Assembly (NCBI GenBank): GCA_964016885.1 | Contig: OZ024741.1 | Location: 396,366,001 to 396,430,000, forward strand | Direction: 5' to 3' | Length of the DNA: 64,000 nucleotides | From: Eledone cirrhosa | Lineage: Eukaryota | Shown here: one piece after another, positions 41,601 to 57,100 of the stretch | How the letters are laid out: every line of letters starts with the position of its first letter | How positions within the stretch are numbered: position 1 is the stretch's first letter | Made by a program: the position numbers and the translations under genes | Notes under the pieces: generated by a model | What the model was told of the DNA's origin: nothing | The model's database searches: none | The model's input: the letters and a program-made list of their open reading frames with translations, nothing else

Positions 41601-43340
41601 TGCATCAATCAGTCACACCACAAGGGTCAAAGTGCATCAATCAGTCACACCACAAGGGTCAAAGTGCATCAATCAGTCACACCACAAGGGTCAAAGTGCA
41701 TTAATCAGCCACACCACAAGGGTCAAAGTGCATCAATCAGTCACACCACAAGAGTCAAAGTGCATCAATCAACCACACCACAAGAGTCAAAGTGCATCAA
41801 TCAGTTACACCACAAGAGTCAAAGTGCATCAATCAGTCACACCACAAGAGTCAAAGTGCATCAATCAGTCACACCACAAGGGTCAAAGTGCATCAATCAG
41901 CCACACCACAAGGGTTAAAGTGCATCAATCAGTCACACCACAAGAGTCAAAGTGCATCAATCAGTCACACCACACGGGTCAAAGTGCATCAATCAGTTAC
42001 ACCACAAGAGTCAATGTGCATCAATCAGTTACACCACAAGAGTCAAAGTGCATCAATCAGACACACCACAAGGGTCAAAGTGCATCAATCAGTTACACCA
42101 CAAGAGTCAAAGTGCATCAATCAGTTACACCACAAGAGTCAAAGTGCATCAATCAGTCACACCACAAGAGTCAAAGTGCATCAATCAGTCACACCACAAG
42201 GGTCAAAGTGCATCAATCAGTCACACCACAAGGGTCAAAGTGCATCAATCAGTCACACCACAAGAGTCAAAGTGCATCAATCAGTCACACCACAAGGGTC
42301 AAAGTCCATCAATCAGTCACACCACAAGGGTCAAAGTGCATCAATCAGTCACACCACAAGGGTCAAAGTGCATCAAACAGTCACACCACAAGAGTCAAAG
42401 TGCATCAATCAGTCACACCACAAGGGTCAAATTCTTTCAATCAGTCACACCACAAGAGTCAAAGTGCATCAATCAGTCACACCACAAGGGTCAAAGTGCA
42501 TCAATCAGTCACACCACAAGGGTCAAAGTGTTTCAATCAGTCACACCACAAGGGTCAAAGTGCATCAATCAGTCACACCACAAGTGTCAAAGTGTTTCAA
42601 ACAGTCACACCACAAGGGTCAAATTGCATCAATCAGTCACACCACAAGGGTCAAAGTGCATCAATCAGTCACACCACAAGGGTCAAATTCCTTCAATCAG
42701 TCACACCACAAGTGTCAAAGTGTTTCAATCAGTCACACCACAAGGGTCAAAGTGCATCAATCAGTCACACCACTAGGGTCAAAGTGCATCAATCAGTCAC
42801 ACCACAAGGGTAAAAGTGTTTCAATCAGTCACACCACAAGGGTCAAAGTGTTTCAATCAGTCACACCACAAGGGTCAAAGTGTTTCAATCAGTCACACAA
42901 CAAGGGTCAAAGTGCATCAATCAGTCACACCACAAGGGTCAAATTCCTTCAATCAGTCACACCACAAGGGTCAAAGTGCATCTATCAGTCACACTACAAG
43001 GGTCAAAGTGCATCAATCAGTCACACCACAAGGGTCAAAGTGCTTCAATCAGTCACACCACAAGGGTCAAATTCCTTCAATCAGTTACACCACAAGGGTC
43101 AAAGTGTTTCAATCAGTCACACCACAAGGGTCAAATTCCTTCAATCAGTCACACCACAAGGGTCAAAGTGCATCAATCAGTCACACCACAAGGGTCAAAT
43201 TCCTTCAATCAGTCACACCACAAGGGTCAAAGTGCATCAATCAGTCACACCACAAGAGTCAAAGTGCTTCAATCAGTCACACCACAAGGGTCAAATTCCT
43301 TCAATCAGTCACACCACAAGGGTCAAAGTGCATCAATCAG
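29455..43340. repeat. Long-range copy of the variant order found at about 1330-23980, lacking some of that region's internal duplications
   Basis: Offsets of 28124 (TCAACG 1345/29469), 28188 (AGGGTCAGAG 3901/32089; ORF pairs 2598/30786, 3174/31362, 4230/32418, 5062/33250), then 28060 and 28028. Later offsets are 22845 (ORFs 13988/36833, 15076/37921) and 19230 (ORFs 20642/39872). 28188 = 881x32 - 4, matching four intervening 1-bp deletions. Confidence 0.85.
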
Positions 43341-45199
43341 TCACACCACAAGAGTCAAAGTGCATCAATCAGTCACACCACAAGGGTCAAAGTCCATCAA
43401 TCAGCCACACCACAAGGGTCAAAGTGCATCAATCAGTCACACCACAAGAGTCAAAGTGCATCAATCAGTCACAACACAAGAGTCAAAGTGCTTCAATCAG
43501 TCACACCACAAGGGTCAAATTCCTTCAATCAGTCACACCACAAGGGTCAAAGTGCATCAATCAGTCACACCACAAGGGTCAAAGTGCATCAATCAGTCAC
43601 ACCAAAAGGGTCAAAGTGCATCAATCAGTCACACCACAAGAGTCAAAGTGCATCAATCAGTCACACCACAAGGGTCAAAGTGCATCAATCAGTCACACCA
43701 CAAGGGTCAAAGTGCATCAATCAGTCACACCACAAGAGTCAAAGTGCATCAATCAGTCACACCACAAGGGTCAAAGTGCATCAATCAGTCACACCACAAG
43801 GGTCAAAGTGCATCAATCAGTCACACCACAAGGGTCAAAGTGCATCAATCAGTCACACCACAAGAGTCAAAGTGCATCAATCAGTCACACCACAAGGGTC
43901 AAATTCCTTCAATCAGTCACACCACAAGAGTCAAAGTGCATCAATCAGTCACACCACAAGGGTCAAAGTGCATCAATCAGTTACACCACAAGGGTCAAAG
44001 TGCATCAATCAGTCACACCACACGAGTCAAAGTGCATCAATCAGTCACACCACAAGGGTCAAAGTGCATCAATCAGTCACACCACAAGGGTCAAAGTGCA
44101 TCAATCAGTCACACCACAAGGGTCAAAGTGCATCAATCAGTCACACCACAAGAGTCAAAGTGCATCAATCAGTCACACCACAAGAGTCAAGGGGCACCAA
44201 TCAGTCACACCACAAGGGTCAAATTCCTTCAATCAGTCACACCACAAGGGTCAAAGTGCATCAATCAGTCACACCTCAAGAGTCAAAGTGCATCAATCAG
44301 TCACACCACAAGGGTCAAAGTGCATCAATCAGTCACACCACGAGGGTCAAAGTGCATCAATCAGTCACACCACAAGGGTCAAAGTGCATCAATCAGTCAC
44401 ACCACAAGGGTCAAAGTGCATCAATCAGTCACACCACAAGGGTCAAAGTGCATCAATCAGTCACACCACAAGGGTCAAAGTGCATCAATCAGTCACACCA
44501 CAAGAGTCAAAGTGCATCAATCAGTCACACCACAAGGGTCAAAGTGCATCAATCAGTCACACCACAAGAGTCAAAGTGCATCAATCAGTCACACCACAAG
44601 GGTCAAAGTGCATCAATCAGTCACACCACAAGGGTCAAAGTGCATCAATCATTCACACCACAAGGGTCAAAGTGCATCAATCAGTCACACCACAAGGGTC
44701 AAAGTGCATCAATCAGTCACACCACAAGAGTCAAAGTGCATCAATCAGTCACACCACAAGGGTCAAATTCCTTCAATCAGTCACACCACAAGGGTCAAAG
44801 TGCATCAATCAGTCACACCACAAGAGTCAAAGTGCATCAATCAGTCACACCACAAGGGTCAAAGTGCATCAATCAGTCACACCACGAGGGTCAAAGTGCA
44901 TCAATCAGTCACACGACAAGGGTCAAAGTGCATCAATCAGTCACACCACAAGGGTCAAAGTGCATCAATCAGTCACACCACAAGGGTCAAAGTGCATCAA
45001 TCAGTCACACCACAAGGGTCAAAGTGCATCAATCAGTCACACCACAAGAGTCAAAGTGCATCAATCAGTCACACCACAAGGGTCAAAGTGCATCAATCAG
45101 TCACACCACAAGGGTCAAAGTGCATCAATCAGTCACACCACAAGGGTCAAAGTGCATCAATCAGTCACACCACAAGAGTCAAAGTGCATCAATCAGTCA

Positions 45200-48100
45200 C
45201 GCCACACGAGTCAAAGTGCATCAATCAGTCACACCACAAGGGTCAAAGTGCATCAATCAGTCACACCACAAGGGTCAAAGTGCATCAATCAGTCACACCA
45301 CAAGAGTCAAAGTGCATCAATCAGCCACACCACAAGGGTCAAAGTGCATCAATTAGTCACACCACAAGGGTCAAAGTGCATCAATCAGTCAGACCACAAG
45401 GGTCAAAGTGGATCAATCAGTCACACCACAAGGTTCAAAGTGCATCAATCAGTCACACCACAAGGGTCAAAGTGCATCAATCAGTCACACCACAAGAGTC
45501 AAAGTGCATCAATCAGTGACACCACAAGAGTCAAAGGGCACCAATCAGTCACACCACAAGGGTCAAATTCCTTCAATCAGTCACACCACAAGGGTCAAAG
45601 TGTATCAATCAGTCACACCTCAAGAGTCAAAGTGCATCAATCAGTCACACCACAAGGGTCAAAGTGCATCAATCAGACACACCACGAGGGTCAAAGTGCA
45701 TCAATCAGTCACACGACGAGGGTCAAAGTGCATCAATCAGTCACACCACAAGGGTCAAAGTGCATCAATCAGTAACACCACAAGAGTCATAGAGCATCAA
45801 TCAGTCACACCACAAGGGTCAACGTGCATCAATCAGTCACACCACAAGGGTCAAAGTGCATCAATCAGTCACACCACAAGGGTCAAAGTGCATCAATCAG
45901 TCACACCACAAGGGTCAAAGTGCATTAATCAGCCACACCACAAGGGTCAAAGTGCATCAATCAGTCACACCACAAGAGTCAAAGTGCATCAATCAACCAC
46001 ACCACAAGAGTCAAAGTGCATCAATCAGTTACACCACAAGAGTCAAAGTGCATCAATCAGTCACACCACAAGAGTCAAAGTGCATCAATCAGTCACACCA
46101 CAAGAGTCAAAGTGCATCAATCAGTTACACCACAAGAGTCAAAGTGCATCAATCAGTCACACCACAAGGGTCAAAGTGCATCAATCAGCCACACCACAAG
46201 GTTCAAAGTGCATCAATCAGTCACACCACAAGAGTCAAAGTGCATCAATCAGTCACACCACAAGGGTCAAAGTGCATCAATCAGTTACACCACAAGAGTC
46301 AATGTGCATCAATCAGTTACACCACAAGAGTCAAAGTGCATCAATCAGACACACCACAAGGGTCAAAGTGCATCAATCAGTTACACCACAAGAGTCAAAG
46401 TGCATCAATCAGTTACACCACAAGAGTCAAAGTGCATCAATCAGTCACACCACAAGAGTCAAAGTGCATCAATCAGTCACACCACAAGGGTCAAAGTGCA
46501 TCAATCAGTCACACCACAAGGGTCAAAGTGCATCAATCAGTCACACCACAAGAGTCAAAGTGCATCAATCAGTCACACCACAAGGGTCAAAGTCCATCAA
46601 TCAGTCACACCACAAGGGTCAAAGTGCATCAATCAGTCACACCACAAGGGTCAAAGTGCATCAAACAGTCACACCACAAGAGTCAAAGTGCATCAATCAG
46701 TCACACCACAAGGGTCAAATTCTTTCAATCAGTCACACCACAAGAGTCAAAGTGCATCAATCAGTCACACCACAAGGGTCAAAGTGCATCAATCAGTCAC
46801 ACCACAAGGGTCAAAGTGTTTCAATCAGTCACACCACAAGGGTCAAAGTGCATCAATCAGTCACACCACAAGTGTCAAAGTGTTTCAAACAGTCACACCA
46901 CAAGGGTCAAATTGCATCAATCAGTCACACCACAAGAGTCAAAGTGCATCAATCAATCACACCACAAGGGTCAAAGTGCATCAATCAGTCACACCACAAG
47001 GGTCAAAGTGTTTCAATCAGTCACACCACAAGGGTCAAAGTGCATCAATCAGTCACACCACAAGGGTCAAAGTGCATCAATCAGTCACACCACAAGGGTC
47101 AAAGTGCATCAATCAGTCACACCACAAGGGTCAAATTCCTTCAATCAGTCACACCACAAGTGTCAAAGTGTTTCAATCAGTCACACCACAAGGGTCAAAG
47201 TGCATCAATCAGTCACACCACTAGGGTCAAAGTGCATCAATCAGTCACACCACAAGGGTCAAATTCCTTCAATCAGTCACACCACAAGGGTCAAAGTGTT
47301 TCAATCAGTCACACCACAAGGGTCAAAGTGTTTCAATCAGTCACACAACAAGGGTCAAAGTGCATCAATCAGTCACACCACAAGGGTCAAATTCCTTCAA
47401 TCAGTCACACCACAAGGGTCAAAGTGCATCTATCAGTCACACTACAAGGGTCAAAGTGCATCAATCAGTCACACCACAAGAGTCAAAGTGCTTCAATCAG
47501 TCACACCACAAGGGTCAAATTCCTTCAATCAGTTACACCACAAGGGTCAAAGTGTTTCAATCAGTCACACCTCAAGGGTCAAATTCCTTCAATCAGTCAC
47601 ACCACAAGGGTCAAAGTGCATCAATCAGTCACACCACAAGGGTCAAATTCCTTCAATCAGTCACACCACAAGGGTCAAAGTGCATCAATCAGTCACACCA
47701 CAAGAGTCAAAGTGCTTCAATCAGTCACACCACAAGGGTCAAATTTCTTCAATCAGTCACACCACAAGGGTCAAAGTGCATCAATCAGTCACACCACAAG
47801 GGTCAAAGTGCATCAATCAGTCACACCACAAGGGTCAAAGTGCATCAATCAGCCACACCACAAGGGTCAAAGTGCATCAATCAGTCACACCACAAGAGTC
47901 AAAGTGCATCAATCAGTCACACCACAAGGGTCAAAGTGCATCAATCAGTCACACCACAAGGGTCAAAGTGCATCAATCAGTCACACCACAAGAGTCAAAG
48001 TGCATCAATCAGTCACACCACAAGGGTCAAAGTGCATCAATCAGTTACACCACAAGGGTCAAAGTGCATCAATCAGTCACACCACACGAGTCAAAGTGCA

Positions 48101-51100
48101 TCAATCAGTCACACCACAAGGGTCAAAGTGCATCAATCAGTCACACCACAAGGGTCAAAGTGCATCACAGTCACACCACAAGTGTCAAAGTGCATCAATC
48201 AGTCACACCACAAGGGTCAAAGTGCATCAATCAGTCACACCACAAGAGTCAAAGTGCATCAATCAGCCACACCACAAGGGTCAAAGTGCATCAATCAGTC
48301 ACACCACAAGGGTCAAAGTGCATCAATCAGTCACACCACAAGGGTCAAAGTGCATCAATCAGTCACACCACAAGGGTCAAAGTGCATCAATCAGTCACAC
48401 CACAAGAGTCAAAGTGCATCAATCAGTCACACCACAAGAGTCAAGGGGCACCAATCAGTCACACCACAAGGGTCAAATTCCTTCAATCAGTCACACCACA
48501 AGGGTCAAAGTGCATCAATCAGTCACACCTCAAGAGTCAAAGTGCATCAATCAGTCACACCACAAGGGTCAAAGTGCATCAATCAGTCACACCACGAGGG
48601 TCAAAGTGCATCAATCAGTCACACCACAAGGGTCAAAGTGCATCAATCAGTCACACCACAAGGGTCAAAGTGCATCAATCAGTCACACCACAAGGGTCAA
48701 AGTGCATCAATCAGTCACACCACAAGGGTCAAAGTGCATCAATCAGTCACACCACAAGAGTCAAAGTGCATCAATCAGTCACACCACAAGGGTCAAATTC
48801 CTTCAATCAGTCACACCACAAGGGTCAAAGTGCATCAATCAGTCACACCACACGAGTCAAAGTGCATCAATCAGTCACACCACAAGGGTCAAAGTGCATC
48901 AATCAGTCACACCACAAGGGTCAAAGTGCATCAATCAGTCACACCACAAGAGTCAAAGTGCATCAATCAGCCACACCACAATGGTCAAAGTGCATCAATC
49001 AGTCACACCACAAGGGTCAAAGTGCATCAATCAGTCAGACCACAAGGGTCAAAGTGGATAAATCAGTCACACCACAAGGTTCAAAGTCCATCAATCAGTC
49101 ACACCACAAGGGTCAAAGTGCATCAATCAGTCACACCACAAGAGTCAAAGTGCATCAATCAGTGACACCACAAGAGTCAAAGGGCACCAATCAGTCACAC
49201 CACAAGGGTCAAATTCCTTCAATCAGTCACACCACAAGGGTCAAAGTGTATCAATCAGTCACACCTCAAGAGTCAAAGTGCATCAATCAGTCACACCACA
49301 AGGGTCAAAGTGCATCAATGAGACACACCACGAGGGTCAAAGTGCATCAATCAGTCACACGACAAGGGTCAAAGTGCATCAGTCACACCACAAGGGTCAA
49401 AGTGCATCAATCAGTAACACCACAAGAGTCAAAGAGCATCAATCAGTCACACCACAAGGGTCAACGTGCATCAATCAGTCACACCACAAGGGTCAAAGTG
49501 CATCAATCAGTCACACCACAAGGGTCAAAGTGCATCAATCAGTCACACCACAAGGGTCAAAGTGCATTAATCAGCCACACCACAAGGGTCAAAGTGCATC
49601 AATCAGTCACACCACAAGAGTCAAAGTGCATCAATCAACCACACCACAAGAGTCAAAGTGCATCAATCAGTTACACCACAAGAGTCAAAGTGCATCAATC
49701 AGTCACACCACAAGAGTCAAAGTGCATCAATCAGTCACACCACAAGAGTCAAAGTGCATCAATCAGTTACACCACAAGAGTCAAAGTGCATCAATCAGTC
49801 ACACCACAAGGGTCAAAGTGCATCAATCAGCCACACCACAAGGGTCAAAGTGCATCAATCAGTCACACCACAAGAGTCAAAGTGCATCAATCAGTCACAC
49901 CACACGGGTCAAAGTGCATCAATCAGTTACACCACAAGAGTCAATGTGCATCAATCAGTTACACCACAAGAGTCAAGGTGCATCAATCAGACACACCACA
50001 AGGGTCAAAGTGCATCAATCAGTTACACCACAAGAGTCAAAGTGCATCAATCAGTTACACCACAAGAGTCAAAGTGCATCAATCAGTCACACCACAAGAG
50101 TCAAAGTGCATCAATCAGTCACACCACAAGGGTCAAAGTGCATCAATCAGTCACACCACAAGGGTCAAAGTGCATCAATCAGTCACACCACAAGAGTCAA
50201 AGTGCATCAATCAGTCACACCACAAGGGTCAAAGTCCATCAATCAGTCACACCACAAGGGTCAAAGTGCATCAATCAGTCACACCACAAGGGTCAAAGTG
50301 CATCAAACAGTCACACCACAAGAGTCAAAGTGCATCAATCAGTCACACCACAAGGGTCAAATTCTTTCAATCAGTCACACCACAAGAGTCAAAGTGCATC
50401 AATCAGTCACACCACAAGGGTCAAAGTGCATCAATCAGTCACACCACAAGGGTCAAAGTGTTTCAATCAGTCACACCACAAGGGTCAAAGTGCATCAATC
50501 AGTCACACCACAAGTGTCAAAGTGTTTCAAACAGTCACACCACAAGGGTCAAATTGCATCAATCAGTCACACCACAAGGGTCAAATTCCTTCAATCAGTC
50601 ACACCACAAGTGTCAAAGTGTTTCAATCAGTCACACCACAAGGGTCAAAGTGCATCAATCAGTCACACCACTAGGGTCAAAGTGCATCAATCAGTCACAC
50701 CACAAGGGTAAAAGTGTTTCAATCAGTCACACCACAAGGGTCAAAGTGTTTCAATCAGTCACACCACAAGGGTCAAAGTGTTTCAATCAGTCACACAACA
50801 AGGGTCAAAGTGCATCAATCAGTCACACCACAAGGGTCAAATTCCTTCAATCAGTCACACCACAAGGGTCAAAGTGCATCTATCAGTCACACTACAAGGG
50901 TCAAAGTGCATCAATCAGTCACACCACAAGAGTCAAAGTGCTTCAATCAGTCACACCACAAGGGTCAAATTCCTTCAATCAGTTACACCACAAGGGTCAA
51001 AGTGTTTCAATCAGTCACACCACAAGGGTCAAATTCCTTCAATCAGTCACACCACAAGGGTCAAAGTGCATCAATCAGTCACACCACAAGGGTCAAATTC

Positions 51101-54100
51101 CTTCAATCAGTCACACCACAAGGGTCAAAGTGCATCAATCAGTCACACCACAAGAGTCAAAGTGCATCAATCAGTCACACCACAAGGGTCAAAGTGCATC
51201 AATCAGTCACACCACAAGGGTCAAAGTGCATCAATCAGTCACACCACAAGAGTCAAAGTGCATCAATCAGTCACACCACAAGGGTCAAAGTCCATCAATC
51301 AGTCACACCACAAGGGTCAAAGTGCATCAATCAGTCACACCACAAGGGTCAAAGTGCATCAAACAGTCACACCACAAGAGTCAAAGTGCATCAATCAGTC
51401 ACACCACAAGGGTCAAATTCTTTCAATCAGTCACACCACAAGAGTCAAAGTGCATCAATCAGTCACACCACAAGGGTCAAAGTGCATCAATCAGTCACAC
51501 CACAAGGGTCAAAGTGTTTCAATCAGTCACACCACAAGGGTCAAAGTGCATCAATCAGTCACACCACAAGTGTCAAAGTGTTTCAAACAGTCACACCACA
51601 AGGGTCAAATTGCATCAATCAGTCACACCACAAGAGTCAAAGTGCATCAATCAATCACACCACAAGGGTCAAAGTGCTTCAATCAGTCACACCACAAGGG
51701 TCAAATTCCTTCAATCAGTCACACCACAAGGGTCAAAGTGCATCAATCAGTCACACCACAAGGGTCAAAGTGCATCAATCAGTCACACCAAAAGGGTCAA
51801 AGTGCATCAATCAGTCACACCACAAGAGTCAAAGTGCATCAATCAGTCACACCACAAGGGTCAAAGTGCATCAATCAGTCACACCACAAGGGTCAAAGTG
51901 CATCAATCAGTCACACCACAAGAGTCAAAGTGCATCAATCAGTCACACCACAAGGGTCAAAGTGCATCAATCAGTCACACCACAAGGGTCAAAGTGCATC
52001 AATCAGTCACACCACAAGGGTCAAAGTGCATCAATCAGTCACACCACAAGAGTCAAAGTGCATCAATCAGTCACACCACAAGGGTCAAATTCCTTCAATC
52101 AGTCACACCACAAGAGTCAAAGTGCATCAATCAGTCACACCACAAGGGTCAAAGTGCATCAATCAGTCACACCACAAGGGTCAAAGTGCATCAATCAGTC
52201 ACACCACAAGAGTCAAAGTGCATCAATCAGCCACACCACAAGGGTCAAAGTGCATCAATCAGTCACACCACAAGGGTCAAAGTGCATCAATCAGTCACAC
52301 CACAAGGGTCAAAGTGCATCAATCAGTCACACCACAAGGGTCAAAGTGCATCAATCAGTCACACCACAAGAGTCAAAGTGCATCAATCAGTCACACCACA
52401 AGAGTCAAGGGGCACCAATCAGTCACACCACAAGGGTCAAATTCCTTCAATCAGTCACACCACAAGGGTCAAAGTGCATCAATCAGTCACACCTCAAGAG
52501 TCAAAGTGCATCAATCAGTCACACCACAAGGGTCAAAGTGCATCAATCAGTCACACCACGAGGGTCAAAGTGCATCAATCAGTCACACCACAAGGGTCAA
52601 AGTGCATCAATCAGTCACACCACAAGGGTCAAAGTGCATCAATCAGTCACACCACAAGGGTCAAAGTGCATCAATCAGTCACACCACAAGGGTCAAAGTG
52701 CATCAATCAGTCACACCACAAGAGTCAAAGTGCATCAATCAGTCACACCACAAGGGTCAAATTCCTTCAATCAGTCACACCACAAGAGTCAAAGTGCATC
52801 AATCAGTCACACCACAAGGGTCAAAGTGCATCAATCAGTCACACCACAAGGGTCAAAGTGCATCAATCAGTCACACCAAAAGGGTCAAAGTGCATCAATC
52901 AGTCACACCAAAAGGGTCAAAGTGCATCAATCAGTCACACCACAAGAGTCAAAGTGCATCAATCAGTCACACCACAAGGGTCAAAGTGCATCAATCAGTC
53001 ACACCACAAGGGTCAAAGTGCATCAATCAGTCACACCACAAGAGTCAAAGTGCATCAATCAGTCACACCACAAGGGTCAAAGTGCATCAATCAGTCACAC
53101 CACAAGGGTCAAAGTGCATCAATCAGTCACACCACAAGGGTCAAAGTGCATCAATCAGTCACACCACAAGAGTCAAAGTGCATCAATCAGTCACACCACA
53201 AGGGTCAAATTCCTTCAATCAGTCACACCACAAGAGTCAAAGTGCATCAATCAGTCACACCACAAGGGTCAAAGTGCATCAATCAGTTACACCACAAGGG
53301 TCAAAGTGCATCAATCAGTCACACCACACGAGTCAAAGTGCATCAATCAGTCACACCACAAGGGTCAAAGTGCATCAATCAGTCACACCACAAGGGTCAA
53401 AGTGCATCACAGTCACACCACAATGTCAAAGTGCATCAATCAGTCACACCACAAGGGTCAAAGTGCATCAATCAGTCACACCACAAGAGTCAAAGTGCAT
53501 CAATCAGCCACACCACAAGGGTCAAAGTGCATCAATCAGTCACACCACAAGGGTCAAAGTGCATCAATCAGTCACACCACAAGGGTCAAAGTGCATCAAT
53601 CAGTCACACCACAAGGGTCAAAGTGCATCAATCAGTCACACCACAAGAGTCAAAGTGCATCAATCAGTCACACCACAAGAGTCAAGGGGCACCAATCAGT
53701 CACACCACAAGGGTCAAATTCCTTCAATCAGTCACACCACAAGGGTCAAAGTGCATCAATCAGTCACACCTCAAGAGTCAAAGTGCATCAATCAGTCACA
53801 CCACAAGGGTCAAAGTGCATCAATCAGTCACACCACGAGGGTCAAAGTGCATCAATCAGTCACACCACAAGGGTCAAAGTGCATCAATCAGTCACACCAC
53901 AAGGGTCAAAGTGCATCAATCAGTCACACCACAAGGGACAAAGTGCATCAATCAGTCACACCACAAGGGTCAAAGTGCATCAATCAGTCACACCACAAGA
54001 GTCAAAGTGCATCAATCAGTCACACCACAAGGGTCAAATTCCTTCAATCAGTCACACCACAAGAGTCAAAGTGCATCAATCAGTCACACCACAAGGGTCA

Positions 54101-57100
54101 AAGTGCATCAATCAGTCACACCACAAGGGTCAAAGTGCATCAATCATTCACACCACAAGGGTCAAAGTGCATCAATCAGTCACACCACAAGGGTCAAAGT
54201 GCATCAATCAGTCACACCACAAGAGTCAAAGTGCATCAATCAGTCACACCACAAGGGTCAAATTCCTTCAATCAGTCACACCACAAGGGTCAAAGTGCAT
54301 CAATCAGTCACACCACAAGAGTCAAAGTGCATCAATCAGTCACACCACAAGGGTCAAAGTGCATCAATCAGTCACACCACAAGGGTCAAAGTGTTTCAAT
54401 CAGTCACACCACAAGGGTCAAAGTGCATCAATCAGTCACACCACAAGAGTCAAAGTGCATCAATCAGTCACACCACAAGGGTCAAAGTGCATCAATCAGT
54501 CACACCACAAGGGTCAAAGTGCATCAATCAGTCACACCACAAGGGTCAAAGTGCATCAATCAGTCACACCACAAGAGTCAAAGTGCATCAATCAGTCACA
54601 CCACAAGGGTCAAAGTGCATCAATCAGCCACACCACAAGGGTCAAAGTGCATCAATCAGTCACACCACAAGGGTCAAAGTGCATCAATCAGTCACACCAC
54701 AAGGGTCAAAGTGCATCAATCAGTCACACCACAAGAGTCAAAGTGCATCAATCAGTCACACCACACGACTCAAAGTGCATGAATCAGTCACACCACAAGG
54801 GTCAACGTGCATCAATCAGTCACACCACAAGGGTCAAAGTGCATCAATCAGTCACACCACAAGAGTCAAAGTGCATCAATCAGCCACACCACAAGGGTCA
54901 AAGTGCATCAATTAGTCACACCACAAGGGTCAAAGTGCATCAATCAGTCAGACCACAAGGGTCAAAGTGGATCAATCAGTCACACCACAAGGTTCAAAGT
55001 GCATCAATCAGTCACACCACAAGGGTCAAAGTGCATCAATCAGTCACACCACAAGAGTCAAAGTGCATCAATCAGTGACACCACAAGAGTCAAAGGGCAC
55101 CAATCAGTCACACCACAAGGGTCAAATTCCTTCAATCAGTCACACCACAAGGGTCAAAGTGTATCAATCAGTCACACCTCAAGAGTCAAAGTGCATCAAT
55201 CAGTCACACCACAAGGGTCAAAGTGCATCAATCAGACACACCACGAGGGTCAAAGTGCATCAATCAGTCACACGACGAGGGTCAAAGTGCATCAATCAGT
55301 CACACCACAAGGGTCAAAGTGCATCAATCAGTAACACCACAAGAGTCAAAGAGCATCAATCAGTCACACCACAAGGGTCAACGTGCATCAATCAGTCACA
55401 CCACAAGGGTCAAAGTGCATCAATCAGTCACACCACAAGGGTCAAAGTGCATCAATCAGTCACACCACAAGGGTCAAAGTGCATTAATCAGCCACACCAC
55501 AAGGGTCAAAGTGCATCAATCAGTCACACCACAAGAGTCAAAGTGCATCAATCAACCACACCACAAGAGTCAAAGTGCATCAATCAGTTACACCACAAGA
55601 GTCAAAGTGCATCAATCAGTCACACCACAAGAGTCAAAGTGCATCAATCAGTCACACCACAAGAGTCAAAGTGCATCAATCAGTTACACCACAAGAGTCA
55701 AAGTGCATCAATCAGTCACACCACAAGGGTCAAAGTGCATCAATCAGCCACACCACAAGGTTCAAAGTGCATCAATCAGTCACACCACAAGAGTCAAAGT
55801 GCATCAATCAGTCACACCACAAGGGTCAAAGTGCATCAATCAGTTACACCACAAGAGTCAATGTGCATCAATCAGTTACACCACAAGAGTCAAAGTGCAT
55901 CAATCAGACACACCACAAGGGTCAAAGTGCATCAATCAGTTACACCACAAGAGTCAAAGTGCATCAATCAGTTGCACCACAAGAGTCAAAGTGCATCAAT
56001 CAGTCACACCACAAGAGTCAAAGTGCATCAATCAGTCACACCACAAGGGTCAAAGTGCATCAATCAGTCACACCACAAGGGTCAAAGTGCATCAATCAGT
56101 CACACCACAAGAGTCAAAGTGCATCAATCAGTCACACCACAAGGGTCAAAGTCCATCAATCAGTCACACCACAAGGGTCAAAGTGCATCAAACAGTCACA
56201 CCACAAGAGTCAAAGTGCATCAATCAGTCACACCACAAGGGTCAAATTCTTTCAATCAGTCACACCACAAGAGTCAAAGTGCATCAATCAGTCACACCAC
56301 AAGGGTCAAAGTGCATCAATCAGTCACACCACAAGGGTCAAAGTGTTTCAATCAGTCACACCACAAGGGTCAAAGTGCATCAATCAGTCACACCACAAGT
56401 GTCAAAGTGTTTCAAACAGTCACACCACAAGGGTCAAATTGCATCAATCAGTCACACCACAAGAGTCAAAGTGCATCAATCAATCACACCACAAGGGTCA
56501 AAGTGCATCAATCAGTCACACCACAAGGGTCAAAGTGTTTCAATCAGTCACACCACAAGGGTCAAAGTGCATCAATCAGTCACACCACAAGGGTCAAAGT
56601 GCATCAATCAGTCACACCACAAGGGTCAAAGTGCATCAATCAGTCACACCACAAGGGTCAAATTCCTTCAATCAGTCACACCACAAGTGTCAAAGTGTTT
56701 CAATCAGTCACACCACAAGGGTCAAAGTGCATCAATCAGTCACACCACTAGGGTCAAAGTGCATCAATCAGTCACACCACAAGGGTCAAATTCCTTCAAT
56801 CAGTCACACCACAAGGGTCAAAGTGTTTCAATCAGTCACACCACAAGGGTCAAAGTGTTTCAATCAGTCACACAACAAGGGTCAAAGTGCATCAATCAGT
56901 CACACCACAAGGGTCAAATTCCTTCAATCAGTCACACCACAAGGGTCAAAGTGCATCTATCAGTCACACTACAAGGGTCAAAGTGCATCAATCAGTCACA
57001 CCACAAGAGTCAAAGTGCTTCAATCAGTCACACCACAAGGGTCAAATTCCTTCAATCAGTTACACCACAAGGGTCAAAGTGTTTCAATCAGTCACACCAC

